64,000 nucleotides of DNA from a virus (lineage: Duplodnaviria > Caudoviricetes): IMG/VR virus record IMGVR_UViG_3300035208_001807, positions 1 through 64,000 of that record; one strand, given 5' to 3'. The first letter of the stretch is position 1, and every line of letters starts with the position of its first letter. Positions 28,983 to 39,012 of this stretch are shown here, piece by piece. Both the position numbers and the translations under genes were made by a program. Under the pieces are notes generated by a model, which worked only from the letters and a program-made list of their open reading frames with translations, made no database searches and had not been told where the DNA came from.

Positions 28983-29656
28983 TGTTCTTTCTCCCAGATG
29001 AAACCTAGTATAAGCTTCTGCATGAGCCTAAAGAACCAATTAGGCCTTCTCTTAAACCCTCTGAACTCTATACTCCCATCCTTATCCTTAAAGAGGACTA
29101 GGTTATGGGGACCGCCCTCGTCCGAGGAGACGACTACGCCATTAGAGGGTTGGGTGTCGCTCATAAAATAGACGGGCGGACCTTCTCGGTGTGTAAAGCC
29201 CTCCGTCGTAAGGGGCCCCGCGGTGTCGGAAGGAACTGCTTCAACTTCCTGTCCTGGGACAGAAGTAAAGGGGTAAGTCTGAACAGCTGTATCGCGCTGA
29301 GCAGGATACTGGGGAGTGTAGGGATATTGAATATTAATACTATCCCCTACAATCTCTGCTGTCATAGAACTGCGAGGACCTGTCGTAACACCGGGAATGA
29401 TGACTCCTTGCTCGGCCATGAGTTCTCTTACTCTACGATTAGCTATTGCTTCCATCTGAGCACGCATTTCGGGAGTGTCGCGCTGGCCGACGAAGTGCTC
29501 AAGTTCACGACGTAAGGTAGAAGCAATGTTCATCTCTGCGTAGGAGTTGGGGTCTAAGTCTGAGTCACGGAGATGGGGACGTACAAGGGATCTAAGATCC
29601 TGGGGTTGGAATGTGGCGCCTGTGCGCTCGGGTAGATTATTGGCCATCGATCGCAT
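28979..29656 (-). CDS. Protein with tail-sheath C-terminal-like domain
   Basis: LEHFVGQRDTPEMRAQME resembles sheath ADPFIGEPNSDAMRNALQ. Confidence 0.5.
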   Translation of the reverse strand: MRSMANNLPERTGATFQPQDLRSLVRPHLRDSDLDPNSYAEMNIASTLRRELEHFVGQRDTPEMRAQMEAIANRRVRELMAEQGVIIPGVTTGPRSSMTAEIVGDSINIQYPYTPQYPAQRDTAVQTYPFTSVPGQEVEAVPSDTAGPLTTEGFTHREGPPVYFMSDTQPSNGVVVSSDEGGPHNLVLFKDKDGSIEFRGFKRRPNWFFRLMQKLILGFIWEKEQ

Positions 29657-29816
29657 CCCGCTGGGCTGCTTTGCTATGGGAAAGAATTTTGACAGCTAGG
29701 AGTTGAGCGTCTTCTGCTGAGAGCTCAATATCGACACCCTGTCCGTCAGAGGATATGCCGAGCTTGATCCTGTTATCGGTAGTCTGTTCTATCTTGAAGT
29801 CGACGACAGGTTTCAT
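29637..29816 (-). CDS. Small hypothetical protein (59 aa, MKPVVDFKIE...)
   Basis: Translated by hand; fills the gap in the operon. Confidence 0.45.
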   Translation of the reverse strand: MKPVVDFKIEQTTDNRIKLGISSDGQGVDIELSAEDAQLLAVKILSHSKAAQRDAIDGQ

Positions 29817-30000
29817 GGTTATACCCTGAAGAAAGATTTTAGGGATGCCCGCGCGATGACGAGGATGACGGCAACCGCGATCTGTTTGGAGAGTTTTGTT
29901 TGAAGAGCGTAGGAGAGGGATCTAAGATAGAACATGTGCTCAACCTCCAGGTTGATTTTTGTGATTGTCGTAAGCGGGGCGGAACAGATTCGTTGGTAGT

Positions 30001-30029
30001 AATGTACAACAAGCAAGTTGAACTGTCAA
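30001..30029 (-). promoter_or_regulatory. Sigma70-type leftward promoter
   Basis: TTGACA-N17-TACATT at the strand switch. Confidence 0.65.
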
Positions 30030-30237
30030 GTATTCCTTAATAGTTGGATGACCATTATGCTGAGGTCAGCAATATGGTATCGTGACAAATACGTACGATA
30101 ATGATCTTGACAACCTATATAGGGAAAAGGGTATATATAATTTTCTGGCGAGATACCAGTATTAGGGCTTTGAGCGTGAGACAGTTCCGAGCCCACGGGG
30201 TACTCAGGTACTCCAATAAAACTAAAGGAGTCTCATC

Positions 30238-30420
30238 ATGACTATCGACCAAGTTGTTGCCAAGCACCTGCTGGACTTGAAGCCGAAGACGGAGGCGGCT
30301 GAGTTGAGGGGTGCGAAGATGGTCTGCACAGTGGACAAGTATGTGCAGATGCTGGTGGTTGCGCCTTACAAGGGTGCGACTCAGGCCAACAAGCTGATCA
30401 CCGCTAGCCGCAAGGGCTAG
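30238..30420 (+). CDS. Small protein, paralog of 30975..31190
   Basis: AAGGAG RBS; RGAKMVCTVDKY shared. Confidence 0.65.
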   Translation: MTIDQVVAKHLLDLKPKTEAAELRGAKMVCTVDKYVQMLVVAPYKGATQANKLITASRKG

Positions 30421-30440
30421 CAGTCATAGTAGTAGAAGCA

Positions 30441-30478
30441 AGGGCATGCTACGTCTCATAGCATGCCCTTCTTTTATA
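30441..30478 (+). terminator. Intrinsic terminator
   Basis: AGGGCATGCTA..TAGCATGCCCT followed by TCTTTT. Confidence 0.7.
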
Positions 30479-30519
30479 GCAGCATGTGTGTAGTTAATCT
30501 AATACATAGGATGTGTGAC

Positions 30520-30690
30520 ATGGACATCATCAGTACGTTGTTAGTGTGGGTGCGCGTGCACAGTACGCACATCATGTTAGTGTTTAGTGCAATCAATGTG
30601 TTTGATTGCATCGTGCGCAAGGACATCAAGTGGATGTGCTATTGGATAGGTAGCACTACCATATTCTGGTCTGTGCTCATGCCCAAGTAG
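30520..30690 (+). CDS. Small hydrophobic protein
   Basis: 56 aa between two terminators. Confidence 0.45.
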   Translation: MDIISTLLVWVRVHSTHIMLVFSAINVFDCIVRKDIKWMCYWIGSTTIFWSVLMPK

Positions 30691-30711
30691 GGCATGCAGT
30701 AGTACTAGTAT

Positions 30712-30748
30712 AGGGCATAGTGCATGTGTGCTATGCCCTTCTTTTATA
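30712..30748 (+). terminator. Intrinsic terminator
   Basis: AGGGCATAG..CTATGCCCT followed by TCTTTT. Confidence 0.7.
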
Positions 30749-30792
30749 GGGGCATGTACATAGCATGCCTACTACATTAAGGGGGTACTACT

Positions 30793-30897
30793 ATGATGCA
30801 GTACTACGTGACAGGACGTAAGACATGGCAACAACGCAATGCCGACATGTTCATGTGCATGTTGGTGGGCGTGACGCTGCTGATCTGCTGCCTGTAG
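30793..30897 (+). CDS. 34-aa membrane peptide (MMQYYVTGRK...LLICCL)
   Basis: AAGGGGG RBS, followed by terminator. Confidence 0.5.
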   Translation: MMQYYVTGRKTWQQRNADMFMCMLVGVTLLICCL

Positions 30898-30974
30898 ACA
30901 TAGGCTGTATAAGGGGCGGGCGCATAGCCTGCCCTCTTTTTATGCAGTGCATGCATACAGCATGCAGAAAGGAG

Positions 30975-31190
30975 GTGATTGTCATAGATACTCCAATCGT
31001 GGACCCTATCAAGGCCCTGGTGGACTCCCACCTGGTTGCTTTGAAGCCCATGATTCAGAAGTCAGAAGCTCGTGGAGCCAAGGTCGTGTGTACTGTCGAT
31101 AAGTACGCCCAGACCATCTTCGTTGCCACTTATCGTGGGATGAAGAAGGCGAACGTGCTCCTCTCTGAGTCACGGAAGGCGCAGAAGTAA
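30975..31190 (+). CDS. Small protein, paralog of 30238..30420
   Basis: AAAGGAGGT RBS; RGAKVVCTVDKY; exact start uncertain. Confidence 0.6.
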   Translation: MIVIDTPIVDPIKALVDSHLVALKPMIQKSEARGAKVVCTVDKYAQTIFVATYRGMKKANVLLSESRKAQK

Positions 31191-31585
31191 GGCGCCTGCC
31201 ATAATGGAACCGACAATCCGGGGTACGCTAGCCACCTGGCAACAGAACGGCTAGAAGTGGGGGCCTAACAAGCCCCCTTTTTATAGGAACATGGGTATAT
31301 CTGCCCTATCATCTAGGGTATAGGGGGCCGCCGCCCCTATATAAGCAGGTATTCCTTATATCCCTATACATCTATAACATAATGGCTTCTCCCACTATAC
31401 GTAACATACTATAATGCATAACCATCTATAAAGACCTTGACAACATAACTAGGTCCTTATTCTACTCTATATACATATTTAATACTCACTTCAAGGTGGG
31501 TACTAGGTTGTTTGGGCTATATCTCTAGGATATGGCTAAATGACTAGGTTGTAGGAGGTCTTAACTAGGAAGGGGGTGAGTCATA

Positions 31586-31768
31586 ATGGCTCACATCTTG
31601 GTTAGCAGGGATACTGTGACAGAGCTTCTGTTTCAGTTGGAGATGAATCCGGAAGCCCGCAGGGCTGAAGGATCTATCTTCATGGGTAGGGATGGGGAGA
31701 TCTACTCCTATCTCTATCAGGAGATTAATCACTTCAACTGTAGGTTGGGGAAGTGGGAGAAGATGTAA
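31586..31768 (+). CDS. Hypothetical protein
   Basis: RBS and downstream terminator. Confidence 0.5.
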   Translation: MAHILVSRDTVTELLFQLEMNPEARRAEGSIFMGRDGEIYSYLYQEINHFNCRLGKWEKM

Positions 31769-31863
31769 TAGTAACTGGTTCAGGGGTGTGGCCGCCGCGG
31801 TCATGCCCCTTTTTATGGGTAGGGATTTATTCTAGACCCTACCAAAAGGAGAGTGCAAACATC

Positions 31864-32139
31864 ATGAGGAGTATTACTAGCCTGGAAGAACAGGCGAACG
31901 GAGATCTCATGGAGATCACGTGCTATGAGGACGGGACGGTCGAGGTGTGGCCGCCTGATGAAGAGAAGTTCGTCAATTACACAGGGGTTTTGTATACTTA
32001 CACCCATGAAGATGGGAGGGTGCAGCTCTTTGAGCGTCGCCGGGATCTTCCGGCAGGGTTCAAGTTGTTAAGAACCTTTAGAAAGGAGTGGCTGCTTCAG
32101 GAGGCTCTGGCGGATGGTAAGTTTCGCCATTACGTGTAG
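31864..32139 (+). CDS. Hypothetical protein
   Basis: AAGGAG upstream, terminator downstream. Confidence 0.5.
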   Translation: MRSITSLEEQANGDLMEITCYEDGTVEVWPPDEEKFVNYTGVLYTYTHEDGRVQLFERRRDLPAGFKLLRTFRKEWLLQEALADGKFRHYV

Positions 32140-32273
32140 TTGATAGAGGGGGCGCTGTGCCCCCTTTTTTTGGAGGCTGTGTACCTCATGTTGCATTGGT
32201 AGGTGTACCCGCCGCAAGGCAGGGGATACCCCACTACTAGAGATAGTAGTGAGCAACTAGAGGAGGTGCTCCG

Positions 32274-33713
32274 TTGATTAACATCGACGAAGTGCTCAAC
32301 AGCAGTAAGTATGGTCGGTACAACTCCGATCCTACCACTATGGCCTTGGGGTTCATTCATGGTGGGCGTAAGCCCTTCACGGTGAACGTTGCCAAGGATG
32401 GGACAGTGTCGAAGAAGGTTAACGACGCTGTGGTTTCCGGGAGGGCCTGCTGGGTCAAGAACGGGAATCAGGATCAGGTGGTGTACACGCATAAGAGTAC
32501 GCACCCGGACAATGATCCGGATGTGTTGAAGGCTGATCCCTTCAACTATGCGTACTCGCGCTTGATGGATGGGGTTTCCAAGTTCAGGAAGTCCCATAGC
32601 AAGCTGTCGGTCAAGTACCGGCAGTTATTGCGGGCTCTTTACAAGAGCTTTCAGCTCATCTGTCCGAAGTTGGACTTGGTGACGTTGAAACAGGCCATTG
32701 AGGCTAATGCCGATCAGGTCTTGGAGTGGGGTGTGAATCCCACCCAGGCGGTGTTGGATGATATGGTCTCCATTGAGGAAACCATACTGGTGCACGAGAA
32801 CATGGATCACGAGGGTGACTCGGATGATTATGATACCGAGCCCTTGATGAGACAGCTCTCGAATGGGCGTTCGTTCACGCCTTCCTCGCATCGTGAAGAG
32901 CGAGACCTTCAGGAGTGCTATATCCTCTTGAGGGATCTGGTGCATTCGGCTACTCCAGTCGAACGCGATCAGCTGTTGGATGAACTCCAGCAGAAGCTCT
33001 GCGATCTGCTCTTTGAGCATTCTGTTGCTCAGAAGAGCCGCAAGGACTACAGGCGCTTCCCTGACTATGGGAGGCTCAAGAAATACGGGGATCGTGAGAT
33101 TCCCGCGAAGCCCAGCTTGTGGCCTACGCAGGAGGAGAAGGACGAGGCAGGTTTCGATGAGGAAGCCTGGCTCGCTAAGAACATTAGGGAGTGGCAGGTG
33201 TGGGTTTGTGACCTCGATGTGATGGACGAGATCCAGCACATCATTGGTGAGGGCACTGATCGCACTGTGGATACGCCTCAGTACCTGTTCACAAGGAAGC
33301 TGGTCGAAGAGATCAGACCTTGGGATGATGGGCCGAGGCCGCAGTGCTACTGGCCATCCGCTTCGGAGAACCAGTCCAACTGCAAGTGCTCGTGGTATCA
33401 GCGTTTCATGAACGAAACGCAGGAACTGCGTGAGCGGTTCAATGACCACTTGTTGGTCATGAGGTACAATGAGCCGCCCAAGACCAGCGGCGGCGTTCTG
33501 AAGGAGATCAAGTCGTTCTCCTTGAAGGCCGAACAGGTCATCTTGCAAGCGAATAATAAGCGCGAGCAGGAGGGCAAGTCGCCTTTGACAGCCGAGTGGC
33601 TGATGAGGGAGGCTGGATTCGCATCGTGGTATGTTGCCGAGTACAAGGCGTCCATGAAGCGTATCTGGGCGATGGCGAAAGCCAAGCCCTGGATCAACAT
33701 GACCGCAGGTTGA
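32274..33713 (+). CDS. Hypothetical protein (479 aa)
   Basis: GAGGAGGT RBS, TTG start, terminator after. Confidence 0.6.
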   Translation: MINIDEVLNSSKYGRYNSDPTTMALGFIHGGRKPFTVNVAKDGTVSKKVNDAVVSGRACWVKNGNQDQVVYTHKSTHPDNDPDVLKADPFNYAYSRLMDGVSKFRKSHSKLSVKYRQLLRALYKSFQLICPKLDLVTLKQAIEANADQVLEWGVNPTQAVLDDMVSIEETILVHENMDHEGDSDDYDTEPLMRQLSNGRSFTPSSHREERDLQECYILLRDLVHSATPVERDQLLDELQQKLCDLLFEHSVAQKSRKDYRRFPDYGRLKKYGDREIPAKPSLWPTQEEKDEAGFDEEAWLAKNIREWQVWVCDLDVMDEIQHIIGEGTDRTVDTPQYLFTRKLVEEIRPWDDGPRPQCYWPSASENQSNCKCSWYQRFMNETQELRERFNDHLLVMRYNEPPKTSGGVLKEIKSFSLKAEQVILQANNKREQEGKSPLTAEWLMREAGFASWYVAEYKASMKRIWAMAKAKPWINMTAG

Positions 33714-33799
33714 TCCGAAAGAGAGGAGGGTGGGGGCACAGTGCCCCTGCCCTCTTTTTATGGGTGCTGTAGCACCTAATCTTAGTTTGAGGAGGCAGT

Positions 33800-34030
33800 A
33801 TGACAGCGAATCAAGTTGGACACGGGAATCTCGATACCTTCTACAAGGGCAAGGCCCAGAATAAGGCCAAGCTCAAGGAGAAGGTCGAGCGTAAGGCTGT
33901 GCAGGCTATGCACGTGGCCGCCAGCAATGGGATCACGATCATCGCTGATCTCAGGATCAAGAAGACGGGCAACTGGGCGTTGGATGCGCTCAGGGAGGAT
34001 ATCAGGAAGAACGGGACGGTCATCTCGTAA
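33800..34030 (+). CDS. Hypothetical protein
   Basis: GGAGG RBS, terminator after. Confidence 0.55.
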   Translation: MTANQVGHGNLDTFYKGKAQNKAKLKEKVERKAVQAMHVAASNGITIIADLRIKKTGNWALDALREDIRKNGTVIS

Positions 34031-34503
34031 CAGAGAGATGGCTATGCGTAGTGAGGGGGGCAGTAATGCCCCCTTTTTATTCGAATGCTTGTCTGGGTGT
34101 ACCTGCCTAGACTAGGATCCGGGCGTATATGCCGAACATGTCCCTGTACCTATAATGCTTGCGTATATAGGGAATGACCCTTTTGAAGATACAGCCTTGT
34201 TGACGTGAAGGCCTTGCATTGACTTGTTCAAGGATGTGATTCTGTAGTAGAAAGGGATAACATGCCTCCGTTCTATGGTGGAGAGGTGCCTCTGGGAGGT
34301 ACCGCAGTGGGCTTCTTGGAATACAAGATAGCCTTGTTGAAATACGATCTCACCTTTTATATGGGCGTTTGGGAGACTCGCCCGAATGCTGGGGTTTGGT
34401 ACGATGACCCCGATGAGTGGTGGGAGAGCATGCTGGAAGTACGCATGTTGGAGGCGCGTATTCGTATTGCTCGGATGTGCATCAGGGCACTGGAGGCCTA
34501 GAG

Positions 34504-34776
34504 ATGGAGAAGCATTTCGAGTTGGCTAACCATGATGTTATCCGTCTGGTATGGTTCAGCGGATACGTTTACAGTGCGGCAATGTATAGCACTGTCAATG
34601 AGATTGGCGGGGCGCCCACTACTGTACATGTGTACATATTCCATATCCCTAACAAGTGGGATAACAAGGAGCAGCAGGAGTGCATGCTGGGCATCCTTGA
34701 AGAAGCGGGTTGTGATTCGTTCCTATGCACGTGCTTGCTGAACTGGAGCATCAACATCAGCCAGCTAGGAGAGTAG
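34504..34776 (+). CDS. Hypothetical protein
   Basis: GGAGG RBS. Confidence 0.45.
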   Translation: MEKHFELANHDVIRLVWFSGYVYSAAMYSTVNEIGGAPTTVHVYIFHIPNKWDNKEQQECMLGILEEAGCDSFLCTCLLNWSINISQLGE

Positions 34777-34777
34777 G

Positions 34778-35038
34778 ATGGCACGATATACTGAGCTGTA
34801 TTGGGATGCGGCTTGGAAGAAGATACTTGCCCAGACAGGACAAGAGAGCCAGGTTCCTCCGGGCGGAGTGAGCGTGGACTGTGGCATATTCCTTGTGGAG
34901 AAGCCAAAGCCATGCTTGATGTGCAATCACATGACTCCGTTTGTTGTGATGGTGCAGCCCTTCAAAGAAGGCTCTTACCTCTGTTCAGAGGAATGCTTGA
35001 AACTGTGTACGGAGCCGCAAAGTGATATCCATCTTTGA
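34778..35038 (+). CDS. Small Zn-finger protein
   Basis: CLMC...CSEEC. Confidence 0.45.
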   Translation: MARYTELYWDAAWKKILAQTGQESQVPPGGVSVDCGIFLVEKPKPCLMCNHMTPFVVMVQPFKEGSYLCSEECLKLCTEPQSDIHL

Positions 35039-35477
35039 GGATGAGATACTTTGGCAGAGCCACCTGCAAAGGCTTCGCTATGCGTATATTCCAGGCTATT
35101 TGCCCTGGATGAGCAAGATGAGGTTCAAGCTCAGCAGTGTTGAGTCTCTGCTCTTAGTCTTGTTTGGAGAGCGGATTGATGTTCAGTGGGAAAGCCTCGA
35201 TGAGGGCTGGGCTCAAGTCGAGTGGAATGATGCTTTCGTACGGTCTAAGACACTGGGCGAGATAAACTATAAGTGCATACGCCTAAGAATAGACTGGACG
35301 GTGCAGAAGTTGGATCAACGTCGAGCGTGGGGTATAGTACTCCATGAATTAGGCCACTTATGGGCCTTGATATACAGTGGGGACTTGGGGGAGTGGGGAC
35401 ATAACTCCCAGTTTGTTGACTGTTGTGATGAGGTGTTTCAGAAGTTAGCTAGTTATCCATTCTTTGAGGAGGTTTGA
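35022..35477 (+). CDS. SprT-like zinc metalloprotease
   Basis: LHELGH...GHNSQF. Confidence 0.6.
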   Translation: MISIFEDEILWQSHLQRLRYAYIPGYLPWMSKMRFKLSSVESLLLVLFGERIDVQWESLDEGWAQVEWNDAFVRSKTLGEINYKCIRLRIDWTVQKLDQRRAWGIVLHELGHLWALIYSGDLGEWGHNSQFVDCCDEVFQKLASYPFFEEV

Positions 35478-35914
35478 AGATGGGAATGAAAAAGATGTTG
35501 GGTGTGATGGCGGCTGCCGCCATGACGGGTATCCCCACCAATTTCATAGGCGGAGGATTGGGCGACAACAGTCGCTTGAATCCCACGCAGTGGAAGCGCA
35601 AGAAGATGAAGAAGAAACACCGCCATTCGCCCATGCACCGCAGGTCCAGGGGCGCGTAGCAAATCTGTCCTGGGCATGACTTGAAACTGCCCCGCAGATC
35701 GCCATCTCCAACCGCGTAAGTGAGGAGATGGACTTTGTTCATGGCCGCACTTGAGCCACTACCGAGAGGGAGGTGTGCCCCGATCATGAAATAACACGTT
35801 AATACCCATTATGAAAAGCAAACTAAAGTGTAGCCGTACAGGTAGTACAGGTCTTCGCCGGTTATACCTGCACCTTAAATAACCGGCTGTTTTAATCCCT
35901 AAGGAGGGAAGCAG

Positions 35915-36241
35915 ATGATCTACATCGGCAACAAGCGCAAGGGTAGTGTTATACCCGTTGGAATGCAGATGAGCATTGACCGCGCCACGTCCATTGGTAA
36001 TCCATTTGAGATGGGTACTGATGAGAGCAAGCGTAATCTGGTATGTGACCAGTACGAGCAGTGGTTCAAGGATGAGGTCCTTACCCAGAAGAATGCGAGT
36101 GCATGGAGTTACCTCTGTAGCCTGTTGAGTTTGGCTATGGATAGGGATATCGTACTCATGTGTTGGTGCGCGCCGAAGCGTTGCCATGGTGAGACGATCA
36201 AGCGTTGGTTGGATGAGAAGCTTGCGAACATGAAGAAGTAA
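35915..36241 (+). CDS. DUF4326 family protein
   Basis: IDR...GNPF...LMCWCAPKRCHG. Confidence 0.75.
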   Translation: MIYIGNKRKGSVIPVGMQMSIDRATSIGNPFEMGTDESKRNLVCDQYEQWFKDEVLTQKNASAWSYLCSLLSLAMDRDIVLMCWCAPKRCHGETIKRWLDEKLANMKK

Positions 36242-36433
36242 TCCTTTGCCTGAGGAGGCAACATGCCGAGCCCCGAATACAGAGTCCAATCGTTCTGGCT
36301 GACCTGCTGGAAGCTTAAACAGCGTCAGGAGGCGTGGCGTCAACGTCTCATCGCTTTGCGCGCAGCATGTAAGCCGGCTGCTGTGAAGGAGATTCTGGCG
36401 CACGCCAAACAGATCCTGTCCTGAGGAGGACAC

Positions 36434-36709
36434 ATGTCTCGCTCACGTCGTCGTACACCACGCGGCCCCATTGCTTCTGCTGATTCTGAGAAGCAGTTCA
36501 AGCGTGAGACTAATCAGGCTTTTCGTGCAGCTGAGCGTAAGATCCTGAAGAAGTTGCATGATGATCCTGAGGCTGATGTGGATGCGCATTTGCCTAAGAA
36601 GCCTCACGAAGTGGTTGAGGAGTGGTCTGGCCCCAAGGACGGCAAGTCGTATTTCGGTGACTTGAAGAGGAAGGACCCGAAGTACTTCAATAAACTCATG
36701 AGGAAGTGA
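36434..36709 (+). CDS. Basic hypothetical protein
   Basis: MSRSRRRTP...SEKQFKR; GAGGAGG RBS. Confidence 0.55.
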   Translation: MSRSRRRTPRGPIASADSEKQFKRETNQAFRAAERKILKKLHDDPEADVDAHLPKKPHEVVEEWSGPKDGKSYFGDLKRKDPKYFNKLMRK

Positions 36710-37180
36710 CCCATGTTCAAAGAACTCTTGCAGTTCATCAAGGAGAAGTACGCCAAGGAGAAAGCCCAAGCGGATGAGGCGGAGGAAGCTCAAGCTCTCA
36801 CTTCCGCGGCTTACCACCGCGGATACGCCGCTGCCTTGATGCGCGTGCAGATCGAAGTCTTGAGGCACGAAACCTTGCGTTTGGTGGGCAAGTCCTAACC
36901 CCCGACTCCTGGTAGTACCGGGCTGGTTAGGACCTCCTCCCTGGCCAGCCCACCCCTTTTCTAAGGAGACATCGTGAACCTAAGCGAAAGACAACCTGTT
37001 GTTGGCGACTTCATCAAGATCAATACCCTTGAGACAGAGGATGCTGGAATGCTTGGTGAGATCGTACGTGTTGATACTGACACAGCCCAGGTGCTCTGGG
37101 AAGATGGTGAAGTGACAACTGTGTCACTGAAATCTGTGACATTCAACTACTTGGATTAAGGAGATAACATAGTCGACTGG

Positions 37181-37594
37181 ATGAAGAAGCTACTGGGTGT
37201 TGAGCAACTAACCCCAGCACAGAAGAAGTACCAAGAACTCTTGGAGCTCATGCGCTTCAGGAGCCTGATGAAAGCACACATGGATATGTTGTGCCAAGGG
37301 GATGCTCTTGAGCTTATCAAGATGGATCCTATTGCCTCAGCTCTTCTCATTGGTGAGGCGCGTCCACGCTTGGACAGTCTCATCGATCGTGTGATCGCAG
37401 AAGAGGCGCCCAAGTACCTGACAGAGGACATGGTGGATCATCTGTTGGCGTTCTACAGATCACCAGTTGGTCAGAAGATGTTGGATGTGCAGCCTGCAAT
37501 GTTGCAGGGCATCGATACTGTCGCTAAGGCAGCGATGGAGAAACTCTTTTCGGAGGTCGAGCGTGAGCAACGAGCAACCCAAGCGCGAGCGTAA
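37181..37594 (+). CDS. DUF2059-like protein
   Basis: LTEDMVDHLLAFYRSPVGQK. Confidence 0.6.
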   Translation: MKKLLGVEQLTPAQKKYQELLELMRFRSLMKAHMDMLCQGDALELIKMDPIASALLIGEARPRLDSLIDRVIAEEAPKYLTEDMVDHLLAFYRSPVGQKMLDVQPAMLQGIDTVAKAAMEKLFSEVEREQRATQARA

Positions 37595-38310
37595 GAAGGA
37601 ATTCCTGGGCTTGAAGAAGCTCCGGAACAAGTATGCCACGAGACCTGAGGGTCCCGAGCTGGTGGCGCATTCGCGCGCCGTACAGCAGGCGAAGGACAAG
37701 GAAGCCTTGGACTCGTACAATGCGTGGAGAGCCGCTGGCTGTCCCGTGACGTACTCTGTCCCTGTGAGTATTCGCTGAACCGGGGTTGTGCTCATGCAAG
37801 TAGAGCCTTCAGGCTCTGTTGAGCACAGCTTTGAAGAAGGTGGCTTGCAGGATTGACCGCTTGCCTGCATAAGATGGACCGCAAAGCGTCTGTGGCTTGC
37901 ATTACAACCAATAACCGAAAGACCTAGCGGGGAGCCCTTTGGCGTTGAACCGGAAATGTCTAGTAGGTTTGCCAGTTGCATGCATCGCCCAAGAACATAA
38001 CAGGCCGGAGATAAGGCTGCTGTCCAAAGGCGAGCCGAAGCCGGTGTAATGAATGCGGTTAACCTTTCTTGAGGAGCAGAGCATGCCTACTTGTTGCACG
38101 AGATCTGTCCCCGACATGAGCAAACCAGTTCGATCTGGCCACCATGGAATAGCTTCCATGCTTAACGGCTCGCGTCCCGAAAAGGAAGTACCAGTTGAGA
38201 TGAGGCTTGTGATGTTGCTGCCTGGTAATCAGAAGCGGGCGCTGTTCCAGTGTCCAGAATGCATGAAGGTTGTAGTCAAGCCCGTGACTATCACGAGATA
38301 AGGAGCAATC

Positions 38311-38676
38311 ATGTCCCGTTTCCAAATGCAACTACCCACAGGACGTGGCTTTGCTTTCGGCTTTGATACTGTGCCCTTGATGTATGGGTACTTTATCCAG
38401 ATCTTCAAGGCCATTCCTCCGGATCCTGATCCTGATGAGGATTTCGACTGTCCTGAGTTCGATGCTGATTCCCTTGGTAAGACCAAGTGGCTTCAGCTTT
38501 TCGAAGAGAAGCTTACTCCTGCGGAGCAGGTAGCTGTGCGGGCATTGTTCAAAGCAGAGATTGGCAATATCTGCTGTGATCTTGACCCCAATGGTCAGAG
38601 TCATGGTCAGCTTCGTGTGACTGCACTACCGGCAGATTTCTTCGGTTCTCGTACTGAGGATATCAACCGTACTTAA
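38311..38676 (+). CDS. Hypothetical protein
   Basis: AAGGAG RBS. Confidence 0.5.
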   Translation: MSRFQMQLPTGRGFAFGFDTVPLMYGYFIQIFKAIPPDPDPDEDFDCPEFDADSLGKTKWLQLFEEKLTPAEQVAVRALFKAEIGNICCDLDPNGQSHGQLRVTALPADFFGSRTEDINRT

Positions 38677-38693
38677 CTGGCAAGGAGAGACCT

Positions 38694-38972
38694 ATGCCAC
38701 CTACTGACCCATTAGGCCTCAAGCATCTGCTTGATGACTGTCATGACGCCTTGTCTTTCTGGGGAGTCCTCATTGCCAAGGAGCGCTTCAAGGATAAGGT
38801 AGTTATTACACGTACAACTACGCATTTCAGGTTGCATGTGGTCGGCTTCAAGGCCACTCACGAGACAGTTCGTGATGTGGAATTAGACGGTGGAGCCGGG
38901 GAGTTCGCTAAGCCCCGCTGCACTGAACTCACATTTAGCGATGTCGATTCGAAGTTCCGAATTGGTCGGTGA
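38694..38972 (+). CDS. Hypothetical protein
   Basis: AAGGAG RBS. Confidence 0.5.
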   Translation: MPPTDPLGLKHLLDDCHDALSFWGVLIAKERFKDKVVITRTTTHFRLHVVGFKATHETVRDVELDGGAGEFAKPRCTELTFSDVDSKFRIGR

Positions 38973-39012
38973 AGTTAAGCCGACCTGAATAATCCCACTT
39001 GGAGGGATAAGA

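Noticed and set aside
30420-31290. CRISPR array
   Set aside because: The repeats are variable terminator hairpins separated by ORFs, not constant repeats with regular spacers.
32625-33548. Long antisense ORFs (also 48067..48870, 52478..53329 and others)
   Set aside because: Shadows of well-supported genes on the opposite strand, with no RBS or motifs.
35640-35915. tmRNA
   Set aside because: No T-arm or CCA end, and no tRNA-like acceptor stem.
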